Shown here in pieces: positions 23,583-36,061 of a stretch of 64,000 nt of DNA. This stretch comes from Eledone cirrhosa (Eukaryota): positions 292,020,001-292,084,000 of the forward strand of contig OZ024742.1 in assembly GCA_964016885.1 (NCBI GenBank), written 5' to 3'. Both the position numbers and the translations under genes were made by a program. The notes under the pieces were generated by a model that saw only the letters and a list, made by a program, of their open reading frames with translations, was not told the DNA's origin and ran no database searches. The number at the start of each line of letters is the position of its first letter. Position 1 is the first letter of the stretch.

Positions 23583-25833
23583 ATATCCAGTGCTTTTATC
23601 GAGAATGACACAGCTAGAGACTTATAGAATACTTAGCTGTGTACAGGAACTGGTTTGAAAGAGCGGTTGCCGGTCCGGCAGAAATTAGAAATTGGAATAA
23701 ATGCTCTGAAATAGCGATATATATGTGAATATAGACATAGAATATTCGAAAATATTCTGTATGTTTATAATAAACATTTTGAAGACCTAATCGCTATAGA
23801 ATAGATATATATATATATATATATAATTGTTTAACATCTATTTTCCATGCTAGCATGGGTTATATATATATACACACACACACATACATTTGTGTGAATG
23901 TGACTATTCATATCCTTCTGAATTTGTATTCATCATTCAAAATTACACAAACTATTAGATTTATTTCGATGAGAAGGAAAAACACCATTTTTTTCCATGA
24001 CCTAATATGAATATTCATATTGCTAATTACCAAGTTCATTAACTTTTCCACTCATTTAAGTGATCATCTCTTTCATTATACGATCTTCAGCTGCCTATAT
24101 TTTTTACTGTCACAAATCCTAATTATAATTTTTGTCAGTGAATACCTCTAGCATGAACTACTTTTTTCAAGTCTGGCAGTCCAGATGAATGCGTGCCACA
24201 GCTTTCTGATACAGGAAGGGGGGAGCAGGAGGACTGGAGGGATGACGGGACAGAGGGAGGGAGGACCGGTGGTTTGAGGGAGGTGTCGTAGTCGGTGGTC
24301 AGTCGACATCTTGTCCTGGTCATCTTCTCCATCTTCGTCTGGTGTTGCGGGACCAGAAGTGCATTTTTGGAGGAGACCTGCATCGGCCAATTCTTCTTGC
24401 ACTGGTCATTCTGACGGAGCAGAACTGCTCAGCCAACCAACCCCAACCAGAACCAACCACTCAGGGGCAATGCACAATGAGAGCATGACAATTATTATGC
24501 ACTAATCAAGAAGATACTGGGGCATAGCACAGGAAACGAATAAAAAAATGTTGCCACTAATATTATTGTAAATTTTTTTATTTCTTGTCCAATTCTTTAA
24601 AGTTTTATCTTAGTTTCTTGTCCTATTCTTTTAAAGTTTTATTTTAGTTTCTTGTCCTGTATTTTTAAAGGTTTATATTCCAACAATATTACTTTTTTTT
24701 TGCTGTACGCATTTTTCTATCTGGTCTACTATTTTTTAAGGCAATGCAAGCAACAACTATCTAATAATTAAAAGATCATAGTGAATTACTGACAAGTGAT
24801 TGACATTTTAAAGTTCTTTTGAGTATAATTGCAATCTAGTTGAGGCAACTGGCTTAATGACAAAGCTAGTAAATCATGAATGCATTTGAGATGATTAGTA
24901 CATAATAGTGAATTGGTGAAATTTGTGCATTTCAATGGTGTTACGGATAAAAACTGATACTGCTGTCTATGACCTTTATATAGGATTGTCATGTTTCTCT
25001 GTATCTGCAATGTGGGTATACAAAATAAGAATTATGATATTAACTTTTATTTAAAATCCCCCAAAATGCTGTGCATGAAAACTTCAAAAAGTAATTCTAT
25101 TTCTATTGATGACCTCTTAGTTGCTCATACTAATTTTGTAAAAGATTTCAAGCCAATAATCAGAATGATCTGGTATAATTTTTATGCAGATAAATGACTA
25201 ATTAGTATAAAGGGCCATCCAGATATCATGTGGACACCGCAAACCAAAAATGGTCACATGATATCTGGATGGCTCCTAAGCATCCCCTCCACATGGCGGG
25301 GACATGGGTCATCATCGTGGAGCACTCACCTATTTTTAAAATATTAGACTATGATAAATGAATTTAGTTAAAAATACAATTTGAAATATATTAGATTACC
25401 TCCCCTTGTAATTACCTCGTAATTACCTCCCCTAGCGTCACGCTTACTACTCACTCACTTGAACACACGATTTATCAGCAAACTTTGATTATAAACTTTT
25501 TCCCGCTGGACCAAATTTCTAGATTTTTAAGCCAAAAGATGCGTAATGATCTACTGTTCATGCTCATATAAGTTTTATCTCAGTTAAATAAAGTAGAGCC
25601 GCGCTGTACTGTCGTAAACAGACGATTGCCAACGAAAACACGACCACAACAATATTACTAAACGGACTACCGTCCGTTTAGGATTAACTTATTAAGGTTA
25701 ACTTTTCCTTTCATCCTTATGGGGTCGATAAAATAAAGTACCAGTAATACACTGGGTATTTGCTGGCCTTGTGCCAAAAGTAGAAACAATTATTATATAT
25801 ATATATATATATACATATACACACACACACACA

Positions 25834-25868
<35 letters not shown>

Positions 25869-26098
25869 GCTGTAGAAATCAAGCCAGAATCAGTTCCCGT
25901 ATGAGCAAGTCAAGTTCAGCCGACTGGACACTGCCCACAACAGGACAACCTGCCTAACCCATGCTAGAGTGGAAGAATGGACGTAAAACGGTGATGATGA
26001 TGATGATGATGATATAACTGAATATAAACGTACATACATACATATATACACATCCACACACACATACATACACATCCACACATACACACACACACACA

Positions 26099-26174
<76 letters not shown>

Positions 26175-27764
26175 TATGTATATGGAATGAGATATGAATG
26201 TGTGCGTTTATAAAAATGTTAGATCTACTGACAATCTATGCCGATATGAAATGAAACATTTAAGGGAAGTTTCTTCCTACTTTCATACCTATTTACTGCT
26301 CTAATTGGTTCTCAAATCAATGAAATTATCTGCTGGGCAATTGAATTACAAAACACTGTTCCACTAATAACTGCTTAAAAAGCTTTTAGATGTTTGCATT
26401 GCTTTTACCGACATAGTTTTCTATATTCCTTTATCTAAATTGGTCAGCATGTATTTAATAAATACTAATGAATATAAATATAAAATGATTCTATAATGAA
26501 AGACCTTTGAATTTCTTTTATATTAGACATCATATCTCTAAAACGTCTTTATATCTTATTTCTTGATGTATTCAGTAGGTGTTGTTATGAAATGATTTAT
26601 ATTTTTTTTTTAGAAGAAAACTATGATACCATTACTGAGATGAAAAATATTCTGTAGAGGCTTTACAATTTAGTTGTAGAATCTAATGTAGTGCCAATTA
26701 TGACGTTTTATTAGCAAATTTAAAATTATCTCATAGAAAATATTTTATGTCATTTGAATTCAGAAATATTTGTTGTTACCTTAAACAACTAAACCTTGGG
26801 AAAAATCTTTCAACAATAGAGAGAAATATTTTATTGAACTTCACAAATATTGAATGGTTTGAAAGAAAAGGAATTTGAGATTTAAAAAAAATAGTAATAT
26901 ACATTGTTTTTGTTTTGAAATACAAGATTGCAAATATAAATGTTTTTAATTAGTTGCTTCTTTTGTTATATTTAATTACAAATACTTTTCAGAATAATTG
27001 TTGTTATTGGGGTTTTATCTTCAATGAAATGTAACACAGTTATTATTCTTTAGAAAAACTCACAAAGTATGTAATGGCAATAGTTTAACGCTGTTAGAAA
27101 TATGATGTTCCAATATCAAAAACAAGAATAACAACTGAAATGTTTGAAGTTGTTTTTAGGTTAAATGGTTTTCATTCTTATCTACTAAAACTATATCTTC
27201 ACCACTACCATCGCCATCACTATAATCGTCATCATTTCTTTAACACTTCAAGTGCAGTCATACTCAGTTATAGCAAATTTTTCTTCTGGCTTTAAAACAT
27301 AATTTTGTTTTCATCTGTAGAACAAAGATGTTTTTGAAATAGAAACAACTTACTTGAACATAACATTGTTTTTCCACTTAAAAAATTCTTCAACCTACTC
27401 ACAATATGAAAAGCAACCCACGAAGACAATAATCAAACTTTATGGCTTATATATGGGCATGTTTTAATCTGTGTCATATATATATCATCATGATTTTACA
27501 TCCACTTTATATGCTGGCAAGAGTTGGACAGGTAGACAATAATAAAATGACTGCATGATTAGAGGTGTTTTATTTGTATGAAATCATCAGGATGATTATA
27601 TATGAATGAAGCAGTTCTAGTTTTATAGAAGTAATTTCTCTATGAAATGAATATGCTTATCCCCTACTAGCATATTGAGTATGTGGTGGAATGACAAGGT
27701 AGAAAGATTAGCCTGATGCATCAGATATACAAAGGAAGTGAGCACAAAGAGCACACAGTGAAAT

Positions 27765-28090
27765 AGATTCCCTCAGCTGTCAGGGGGCTCCCTAGAAGTT
27801 GTTGACAGCTTTTGCTTCCTAGATGATCAAATTAACAGTGGGGGGGGGGGGGGGCACTCAAAGTGTGATAGCTAGGATAAGAACAGACTGGAAGAAGCTT
27901 AGAGATCTATTACCACTGCTAACAACAAAATGCTTTTCTCTCAGAGTGAAGGGTAGACTGTATGATGCCTGTGTGTGAACTGCAATGTTATATGGCAGTG
28001 AGATATGGGCCTTGTCTACAGAAGACCTGCAGAGGCTAGAAAGCAACAAGTTGAGTATGCTCCAATGGATGTGTAATGTTTGTGTACATG
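27765..28090 (+). pseudogene. Decayed RTE fragment
   Basis: KGRLYDACV*TAMLYGSEIW-like translation, homologous to 6120-6420. Confidence 0.8.
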
Positions 28091-28618
28091 AGAACTAACA
28101 TGGATGTGTAATGTGTTGTGGATGCAGTTGAATATGTTGGAGACAAGTACTTTCCTCTTTGGTGAGGCCCTGATTAACTTTTTCAAATTTCATTTGAAGA
28201 GGAAAATCAGAGTGGAGAGGAAAGTGCAGCCTTCAAACCAGTTTGTTGAAAGGTCGATGAGAGTGGAGAGCATGGTCTGAGTATGTGCCTGCAGTTTGGA
28301 AGAGGAAAACCTGGAAGAAGCACTTGCTCTGGCAGTCAGTAAAACGATGATGATGATGACAGTGGCTTGGCAGTTAATTTAAATCCTGCCAAGGTTAACT
28401 TTGCCTTTCATCCTTATGAGGTCAATAAAATAAAGAACCAGTAATGCAGTGGGGTCGATTTAATCAACTTTCTTCTCCTCCTCCAAATTGTGGGCCTTGT
28501 GCCTTAAACAGAAACCATTACTTTGCCTTTCATCCTTACGGGGTCGATAAAATAAAGTACCAGTAATACACTAGGTAATTGCTGGCCTTGTGCCAAAAGT
28601 AGAAACAATTATTATTAT

Positions 28619-30275
28619 ACTGCACAAAGTGGAGACGTTGAGGGGGTGGGGTCCTGCGCGAACTAGGATGCGGACGATGTCACCGTAATGGTGTCGAACG
28701 CCAAACACATCGAGGCGATCGGCACTACACTAAGAGAATACGAAGCGGTGACAGGAGCAATGATCAACCAGGGAAAGTCAGTGGGTCTGCAGCTCGGCAC
28801 CTGGAGAGGCGGGTCCATGCCGTCCAACAGCGTTGTCGGGCGCTGGACGGACGAACCGGTTAAATTGATAGAGGTCTGGTTCGGTCCGAACCTCCAGACG
28901 GACAAAAACTGGGATGAGGTGACGAGCAGGGTGGCTCCTCTCACCCAGAAATGGGCGGAGAGGAAGCTATCCCTGAAAGGTCGAGCGGAGGTGGCTAACG
29001 TGTACATCGCGTCCGTCATCTACTACCGCCTGACCGTCGTACCTTGTCCTAAGCCCCACCTGATTGCGCTAGAGCGTTTGCTCTTTCGCTTTTTGTGGAA
29101 GGGACGCGCTCCGATGGTCAGGCGGTCCATCTGCTGTCAACACCCGCTACATGGAGGGTTGAGCATGCCGTGGCTGATGATGCGCAGACACGCGCTCAGG
29201 CTACGACATCTCCACCTCCTCCTCGACGGTGATCAGGTGTGGTCGACGTTTGTTAGACGCATCTTTCTCCAGCTCATCTCCTTGACGGAGCTGCAGTCCT
29301 GGGTCAAGCGAAGACCGAGAGGGAACACTTGGAGACTGGAATGTCTTCAGGCGCTCACAGCCCTCGACCAATCGGGCAATGTGATTGGTGGAAACTCCAC
29401 CTTGGCGTTCTATAGAGGATTAGTGGAGGGGAAGAGCGACGATGTACTTGGGGAAACTCTAGGCATTGACGAAAATCAACTAGCCAATCTCTTCAGAAGA
29501 ACTTTCGAGCCGGGGCCTATGGACAACTTCCCAAAATCCCTGGCCTGGCAGTGTTACCGAGGAGCTTTGCCAGTTCCGGATAAACTCTACAGGCATGGAG
29601 GTGCCGTAAGCCGGGCATGTCCGAGATGCGTGCAGGGCAACGAAACCGTCCTGCATGCACTCGTCCAGTGTCCGAACATTGCTGACTTGTGGGTTTATGT
29701 CGAACACCTGCTGTCGCATGTAGGATGGATCCAGCTATCAGCTGAGTCCATCGTGAGGATTGCCTTTCCCTCTTCCTTTAGCCGGGAAGGGCAGGCAGTT
29801 TTTATCTGTCTGGTGGCCATGGCGAAAGAGATAGTATGGTGGACATGTTTGAAAGGGCTGAAGATGAGCACTTACCTCTTCGGTGATGCCCTGATTAACT
29901 TTTTCAAATTTCATTTGAAAAGGAAAATCAGGGTAGAGAGGGAAGTGCTCTCTTCCCAGCATTTTGTTGAAAGATGGGTGAGAGAAGCAAGAATGGCCCG
30001 AGTGAATGGGCCTACTCTGAGTATGTGTCTGTAAATTAAAGGTGGAAAACTGGGAGAGGGCACTTGCCCTAGTGGTCAGGGTCACTGTGGCTTTTTAATG
30101 GGCTTTCTCCACGAATGTCCCTTGGAAGTCTCCCCCGTATTGGGGAATTTTTCATTGTTATTTTTTTGTAACATCCTCTGTTTTTGTTTTTTACATGCAG
30201 AAATGCCCATTTGTACCGTCCTGTACTTTCCTTAATGTCTACTTTATGTAAACCCTGGTGGTTAATAAAGAAAGC
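28619..30275 (+). mobile_element. 5'-truncated Tx1/L1-clade LINE
   Basis: GC-rich; ORF 28688-30034 with LSLKGRAEVAN, LFRFLW, HGGL and a CCHC finger (CPRC..ETVLHALVQC); AATAAA at 30264-30269 then (TTA)n; an older short copy lies at ~28140-28340. Confidence 0.9.
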
Positions 30276-30322
30276 ATTATTATTATTATTGTTATTATTA
30301 TTATTATTATTATTATTTGCAG

Positions 30323-30486
30323 CTTTTCTGCTAGGTAATGAAAGTGTACAGAAACTGTCTGATATCAAGATGTTAGTGTCACAGTTATACAGCTCGCTTA
30401 ACATTGAACAATACCAATTAGAAAGGGAGAATGATTTGCTACAGAGGTTAGAAGATCTTAAACTTCAACTTGAACCATTAGAAAAG
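30323..30486 (+). CDS. MCU: MCU internal exon (coiled-coil 1 region)
   Basis: Translates to FLLGNESVQKLSDIKMLVSQLYSSLNIEQYQLERENDLLQRLEDLKLQLEPLEK, matching the MCU coiled-coil region; acceptor TTGCAG (AG 30321-30322), donor AAG|GTAAGA at 30487, phase 0. An alternative in-frame acceptor would start the exon at 30335. Confidence 0.93.
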
Positions 30487-30607
30487 GTAAGATGACTTCT
30501 TTACTTCTTCATATTTTTTTTCCATTTTTTTTCTTTCCTTTTCTCTTCTTTTTCTTTTTTCTTCTTCCACCATCATCCAAATTTTATATAAGCTGCTATC
30601 TTAGTAT

Positions 30608-30669
<62 letters not shown>

Positions 30670-31689
30670 GTTTAACATCTATTTTCCATGCTAGCATGGG
30701 TTATATATATATATACACACACACACATACATTTGTGTGAATGTGACTATTCATATCCTTCTGAATTTGTATTCATCATTCAAAATTACACAAACTATTA
30801 GATTTATTTCGATGAGAAGGAAAAACACCATTTTTTTCCTTGACCTAATATGAATATTCATATTGCTAATTACCAAGTTCATTAACTTTTCCACTCATTT
30901 AAGTGATCATCTCTTTCATTATACGATCTTCAGCTACCTATATTTTTTACTGTCACAAATCCTAATTATAATTTTTGTCAGTAAATACCTCTAGCATGAA
31001 CTACTTTTTTCCATCTTAACCCTTTCCTTACCATATTTCTAATGAAAAACACTGCCTATAGTTTCCAAATCATTTTTTGAAATAGTCCAGAAATGTCGGG
31101 TTTTAGTAATATAACAAACTATCTCCTTTTTAAGGTGGTGTTTGGAACATAACTTAACAAAGGTTCTCTCATAAAATTATGACAGAAGTTTTTTTTTTTA
31201 CATAAATATAAACACTTTAGAATAAACAGTTTTGTATTGTAGAACTTAGAACAGGCAATTTGGTAGCAAAAAAAAGGTGGGGAGAATGTTAGTAGTGAAA
31301 CTCTAAGGATGATAAAAAGGAGTAAAATATAATGATGAGGTCTAAGCCCAAATCCTTGTCCTAACCTGTCTAAACTGTAAATTTAGACTCCTGTCCTGCT
31401 GTCTATTATAGCCTGCATTAATCCACTTTTAACTTATTCACTAATGTATTCTCTTTAGACTTTAAATTTTACCATAGACCCAGATGTAGGGTAAAGACCC
31501 CCTTCGGTCAGTAATAACCATAGGATTTGCACCTAGAAAGTTCTCCTCTGAGGTACAAGTCCAGGCAAGGTTGACTGTAAAGGACCAGCTGTCACCAATG
31601 CATAATGGTCTCGCCTATCCACACCATCAATGTTGTCCAAGAGAAAGGCAATGGCTGATACACTTTGGCACCAATGATGTCACAACTCA

Positions 31690-31832
31690 TTTCTACAACT
31701 GAGCGAAGTGGAGCAACGTGAAAATAAAGTATCTTCTTGCTCAAGGACACAACGCATCACCCAATCTGAAAATCAAACTCACAATTTCATGATTGCAAGC
31801 CCAACGCTCTAACCACTAAGCCATGTGCCTTC
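31690..31832 (-). mobile_element. tRNA-derived CORE-type SINE
   Basis: Reverse complement of the family at 36357 and 48298 (TGGCTTAGTGG A box, TGTGTCCTTGAGCAAG). Confidence 0.7.
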
Positions 31833-32119
31833 ATAGACATAACTGACAGGTTAAAAAGGATGCCATAGCCTAGAGTTGCCTTGTGAGGGAAATTAGGTAG
31901 TTGGAAACTAAGTGAATCCCCATTGTATTGATTGTACCTGTAATTCAAAGGATCAGCCTTGTCACATATTGTCACACTGATTTGGCTTGGGAATCAGAAA
32001 ATAGTTTAACACTTGATGTGGTGTGGTAAATAAATATATACATATACAGCAGGTCTGAACACGAACCAAACTCTCACTGCCTCCATCACTCCCACTCTCC
32101 CCCATCTCTCATTATTATA

Positions 32120-32345
32120 AGCAAATGGGCGCTCACGTGTTGGCTGCCCTGTGGCACTGGCGGACAGAATAGAGAAGGCGTTTCCCCGGAGGATGGTGAG
32201 GGAGACGTGTTGAAAGAACCATTCCAGTTCACGAGGCTCACACCTGCTGGTAGCCAACTGTTTGCCGATGATGGTGAGTAGGGAGGTAGTCCTAGAGACA
32301 AGGACACCAGAAGTCTCCACTGCTATGAGCTCGATCGCAAACATG
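32120..32345 (-). pseudogene. CRE-like non-LTR retrotransposon 3' fragment
   Basis: IAVETSGVL...EPRELEWFFQHVSLTILRGNA matches the C-terminus of CRE-type restriction-like-endonuclease elements; related remnant at ~54420-54620. Confidence 0.7.
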
Positions 32346-35019
32346 TGTTAACGGTTCAAGTGTTTATGGAATACTCAACCACTTATACTATATTACAAGA
32401 TGTAATGTTCCTGTAATTCAAAGGTCCAATATTGTATCAGCCAGTACAACCTATAAGGTAGTTTGAGATAGGAAGGGTATCCAACCATAGAAACCCATGC
32501 CACCATGACAAATATGGAATGTAATAAATATAGATGAGCTCCTTCAACCTGTCTGGACTTATACCATAACAGCTGGTGTCCAATCTGTGCCACCATGGAA
32601 AGCAGACATAAAATTATGATCGTGATGATGATGATATATATATATGTGTGTGCGTGTGTGCCTATATGTGTGTGTGTGTGTGTGTGCGAGTATATGTATG
32701 TGTATGAGTAACTGTAATGCGCTTCAACTGAAATGAAAGTGTTATTTCATGTATAGAGCCATAAATATTAAATGACTCTAGAGTGCTACTTATTATATAA
32801 ACCTGTTTACGTATTTCACCACTGTCTCTGCTTTATTCCAGTTGGTTTTTACTCTCACTTTTACTGCTGACTGCAGTAGGCCCTCATATATCATCATCAT
32901 CATCATAATTAGAACCACCATCATCGTCACAATCATCTGCATCCTCTTTGTATTTATCATCATCATCATAATCATAATTATCGACATCATAATTATCGAC
33001 ATCATTATCGCCACCATCATTGTCTTCATTGCCACCGTCATCATCATCATCACCACCACCATCATTTTTACATCGTTTCCATACTGGTATGACTTTTTGA
33101 GGCAATATTTTACAGCCCGATGCCCCTCTTGATACTATTCCTTTTAGTTGTCCCTTAAAACAAACAGAGATATAATGAACCTATAATGAAAAAAAAAACA
33201 AATTGAGATTATCCAAGCAGTTAATAGATAAAAACTCCCTCTATAGGTATTTATCATCCAAAATCAAGTATAGATATATTTGTTTGTACAGTATATAATT
33301 GAAACAAAGATATTATATATAAGACATGAAATTTACATCTGTATATATATTATTATCATTTAATATCCACTTTTCCATGCTATTGTGGGTTTGATGAGTT
33401 TTCCTGTTGTGACCCTGTCTTGCTCATACATAACTGTTTCTGGCTTGGTTTCTACAGTTGGATGCCTTGGGGCAACTTGCCGACCACAATTACAGCATGG
33501 ACTAGATGTTATTTTATTTTGGTACCAAAACAACCACCTGACCAAATTGGATTGAGTACATTTTCATTGTGCCACCAACACAACCACCTTATAGGGTGGG
33601 GCTGTGTGCTTTTTGTTGTCACCAACACAAACACTTTACAGGATGGACTGGGTGCTTATTTGTAGTGTCGCCAACATAACCACTTTACAGAGTGAACTGG
33701 GTGTTCTTTTGTCATGCCACCTGCACGAGCACTTTACATGGTGGAATAGAAGCTTTTGTTGTGTCACCAGCATGACCATGTTATAGGGTCAACTGGGAGC
33801 TTTTAGCCATTTCAATATCATTGAGAGTGTGTCCAGCTTTCGATGTTTGTATGCATGGATTAGATAAAAGGTGCATCAGATGTGGAATGCGGTGCATGTA
33901 TGAAGGATGTGGATTGGAGAAGGAGGTCTAAGGTGGGGTACTTAGCTGTAGATCGGTGAAGTATTAAGACGTTGGAGGTGTATGGATGGGAGAGGGAGAG
34001 AGAAGATTTGGTGCACATTAATGTCTTCTGATCTTTGCTTCATCCTGTGCACATGGGGGCAGGTCTTCTGCAGTACTGCATATCATCATATATAAACACT
34101 CAGACAACACTGTAAAGTGGTCATGTAGGTGACATGACAAAAAACACCCAGTCCACACTGTAAAGTGGTCATGTCATGTAGGTGTCACTGCAAAAAGCAC
34201 CCAGTATAAACTGTAAATGTGGTTGGTGTTAGGAAGGGCATCCAGCTGTAGAAACCAGGCCAAATCCTGTCCTGTATAAGTAAGTTATTGGACCTGGCTT
34301 GTCTCAAAATGAGGCAACTCGTCTAACCCATGCTAGCGTGGAAAATGGACATTAAACAGTGATGACGATATTTGTGTGTGTGTGAGTTAAAACTCTATAG
34401 ATATATTTTGTAGTATAGTATTTATAAAAGACAGTATGTTTACATCTGTCTATATATACAATGTTGGCTCAAAGTCTATAGAGATATTTTGTAGTAGAGT
34501 ATTGAAACAAAACACTGTTAACATATAAGTGTTGTATTAATTATATTTTATTATCATATAAACGAAGACATGATCAACTTGTGGCTATTTTAATTAAATC
34601 ACTATACAGCCTTTAGTTAATATTTCCTGTTAGATTGGATTTGCACATCTCTCAGATAAGCTGCAGCACAGGAAAATAGCATTTCAACAGTATTACTAGT
34701 GTAAAGAGTAAAACAATGATTGGTATTATTTATAATAAATTAGAAAGACAAGTTAAATTTCAAACACTTACTTTCCTACTCATAAAATAATTTTTTTTAT
34801 ATATTTTTTATTCAGTAAGGCAAATTCTATTTCATTACAAGAGTAATTTCCTACTATATAATTTATTATATATAATACCACTCATTCCTTTACTCTCTCT
34901 CTAAAACTGATATGTTTCTCCATTTTACTGTGTCGTTTGTTTTGTTATTTCTGTTTGCCTTTTGTATACATACGCACACACACACACATTTATATATACA
35001 TATATATATATATATATAT

Positions 35020-35250
35020 ACAGTCCACGCTGTAATGTGGTCATGTAGGTAACACGGTAAAAAACTCCCAGTCCACACTGTAAATGTGGTTGGTGTTAGG
35101 AAGGGCATCCAGCTGTAGAAAACCTGCCAGATAGTCCTATACGAGCGAGACATGGTCACCCAACCAATCTTGCCTCAAATGGGACAATTCCCGTCTAACC
35201 CATGCTAGCGTGGAAGATAGATGTTAAATGATGATGATGATGATGATGTT
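35020..35250 (+). mobile_element. RTE 3'-tail short element (others at ~25866-26013, 33355-33790 (-), 34090-34370, 48500-48612, 60960-61320)
   Basis: CACTGTAAATGTGGTTGGTGTTAGGAAGGGCATCCAGCTGTAGAAA...AACCCATGCTAGCGTGGAA...(GAT)n shared with the RTE 3' end. Confidence 0.85.
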
Positions 35251-35313
35251 GATATATATATATGTGTGTGTGTGTGTTTCATTGGTTGGACCAACTTTTC
35301 AACCTGTTATGTG

Positions 35314-35345
<32 letters not shown>

Positions 35346-35521
35346 AATAAATCAAAATGGAGGCAGTAAAAACCAGTTAGACCATTACTCACCAGAGGAC
35401 TTGATACTTGGGGTAGTAGAGTGTGGTAATACAAAGAAGTAGTCCCAAACTAGCTGTTGAAACGGCAGGAGCTCAGCCATCGAGGTCCCGACTCCTTCAT
35501 ATATATGTGTATGTGTGTACG

Positions 35522-35586
<65 letters not shown>

Positions 35587-35986
35587 TTCCATCAACAACG
35601 CAACACCCACATGTGTACACATCATAATTCACCCCACTTACCACTTACACACAACTGCCAACTGCACATTGCCCAACTCACTCTGACCCACATGCCCACA
35701 CACTGGACCACCACCCAACCCACCACTGCTGCTCCTCCCCCACCGTGTCCTTTTTGTTTTAGTTTTATTTTCTTTCTAATTTTATTTCAACAAACATTTT
35801 TATTTTTTACTTTTTTATTTTCTTTGCACATATCCTTTTGTATTTTTCTTGATGAAGGGCAAATGCCCAATATGTTGACTATGTAACTCACTCTTCTTCC
35901 TCCAAGTGTGAAACTAATAACAATTTCATGTTATTGCATTCTCTTAGTTGTTTGTTTATTTTTTTTGGGGGGGGGGTCCTTGATTT

Positions 35987-36031
<45 letters not shown>

Positions 36032-36061
36032 CATACACACACACTATTTTGTCCTTCACAG

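Larger units (their letters stand above)
22797..23804 (-). repeat. Tandem array of a 310-bp hammerhead-containing unit (3.25 copies), candidate non-LTR retrozyme
   Basis: ATAGACATAG recurs at 22801, 23111, 23421, 23731; I see one substitution (23500); no ORF; flanked by (TA)n on both sides. Confidence 0.9.
21931..24725. mobile_element. Composite element bounded by ~175-bp inverted repeats
   Basis: 21931-22104 is the reverse complement of ~24551-24725 (ACCAGATAGAAAAATGCGTACAGC...), with internal GGACAAGAAA subrepeats; no clear TSD and no transposase recognised. Confidence 0.7.

Noticed and set aside
22797-23804. CRISPR-like array or simple satellite
   Set aside because: No unique spacers and eukaryotic context; whole units are identical and each has a hammerhead fold.
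24991-25197. SISIDDLL...DFK as a possible upstream MCU exon
   Set aside because: Spacing does not match the MCU N-terminal domain and I found no convincing splice sites.
30184-30322. Poly-Leu signal-peptide-like N-terminus for MCU
   Set aside because: It is the LINE 3' UTR and (TTA)n tract upstream of the splice acceptor.
32793-33132. Asp-, Ile- or Met-rich ORFs (also poly-Leu 62156-62359)
   Set aside because: Degenerate trinucleotide microsatellites.
35845-35890. Hammerhead-like CTTGATGAAGGGCAAATGCCCAATA (also ~47740-47775)
   Set aside because: Core or stems too decayed to call.
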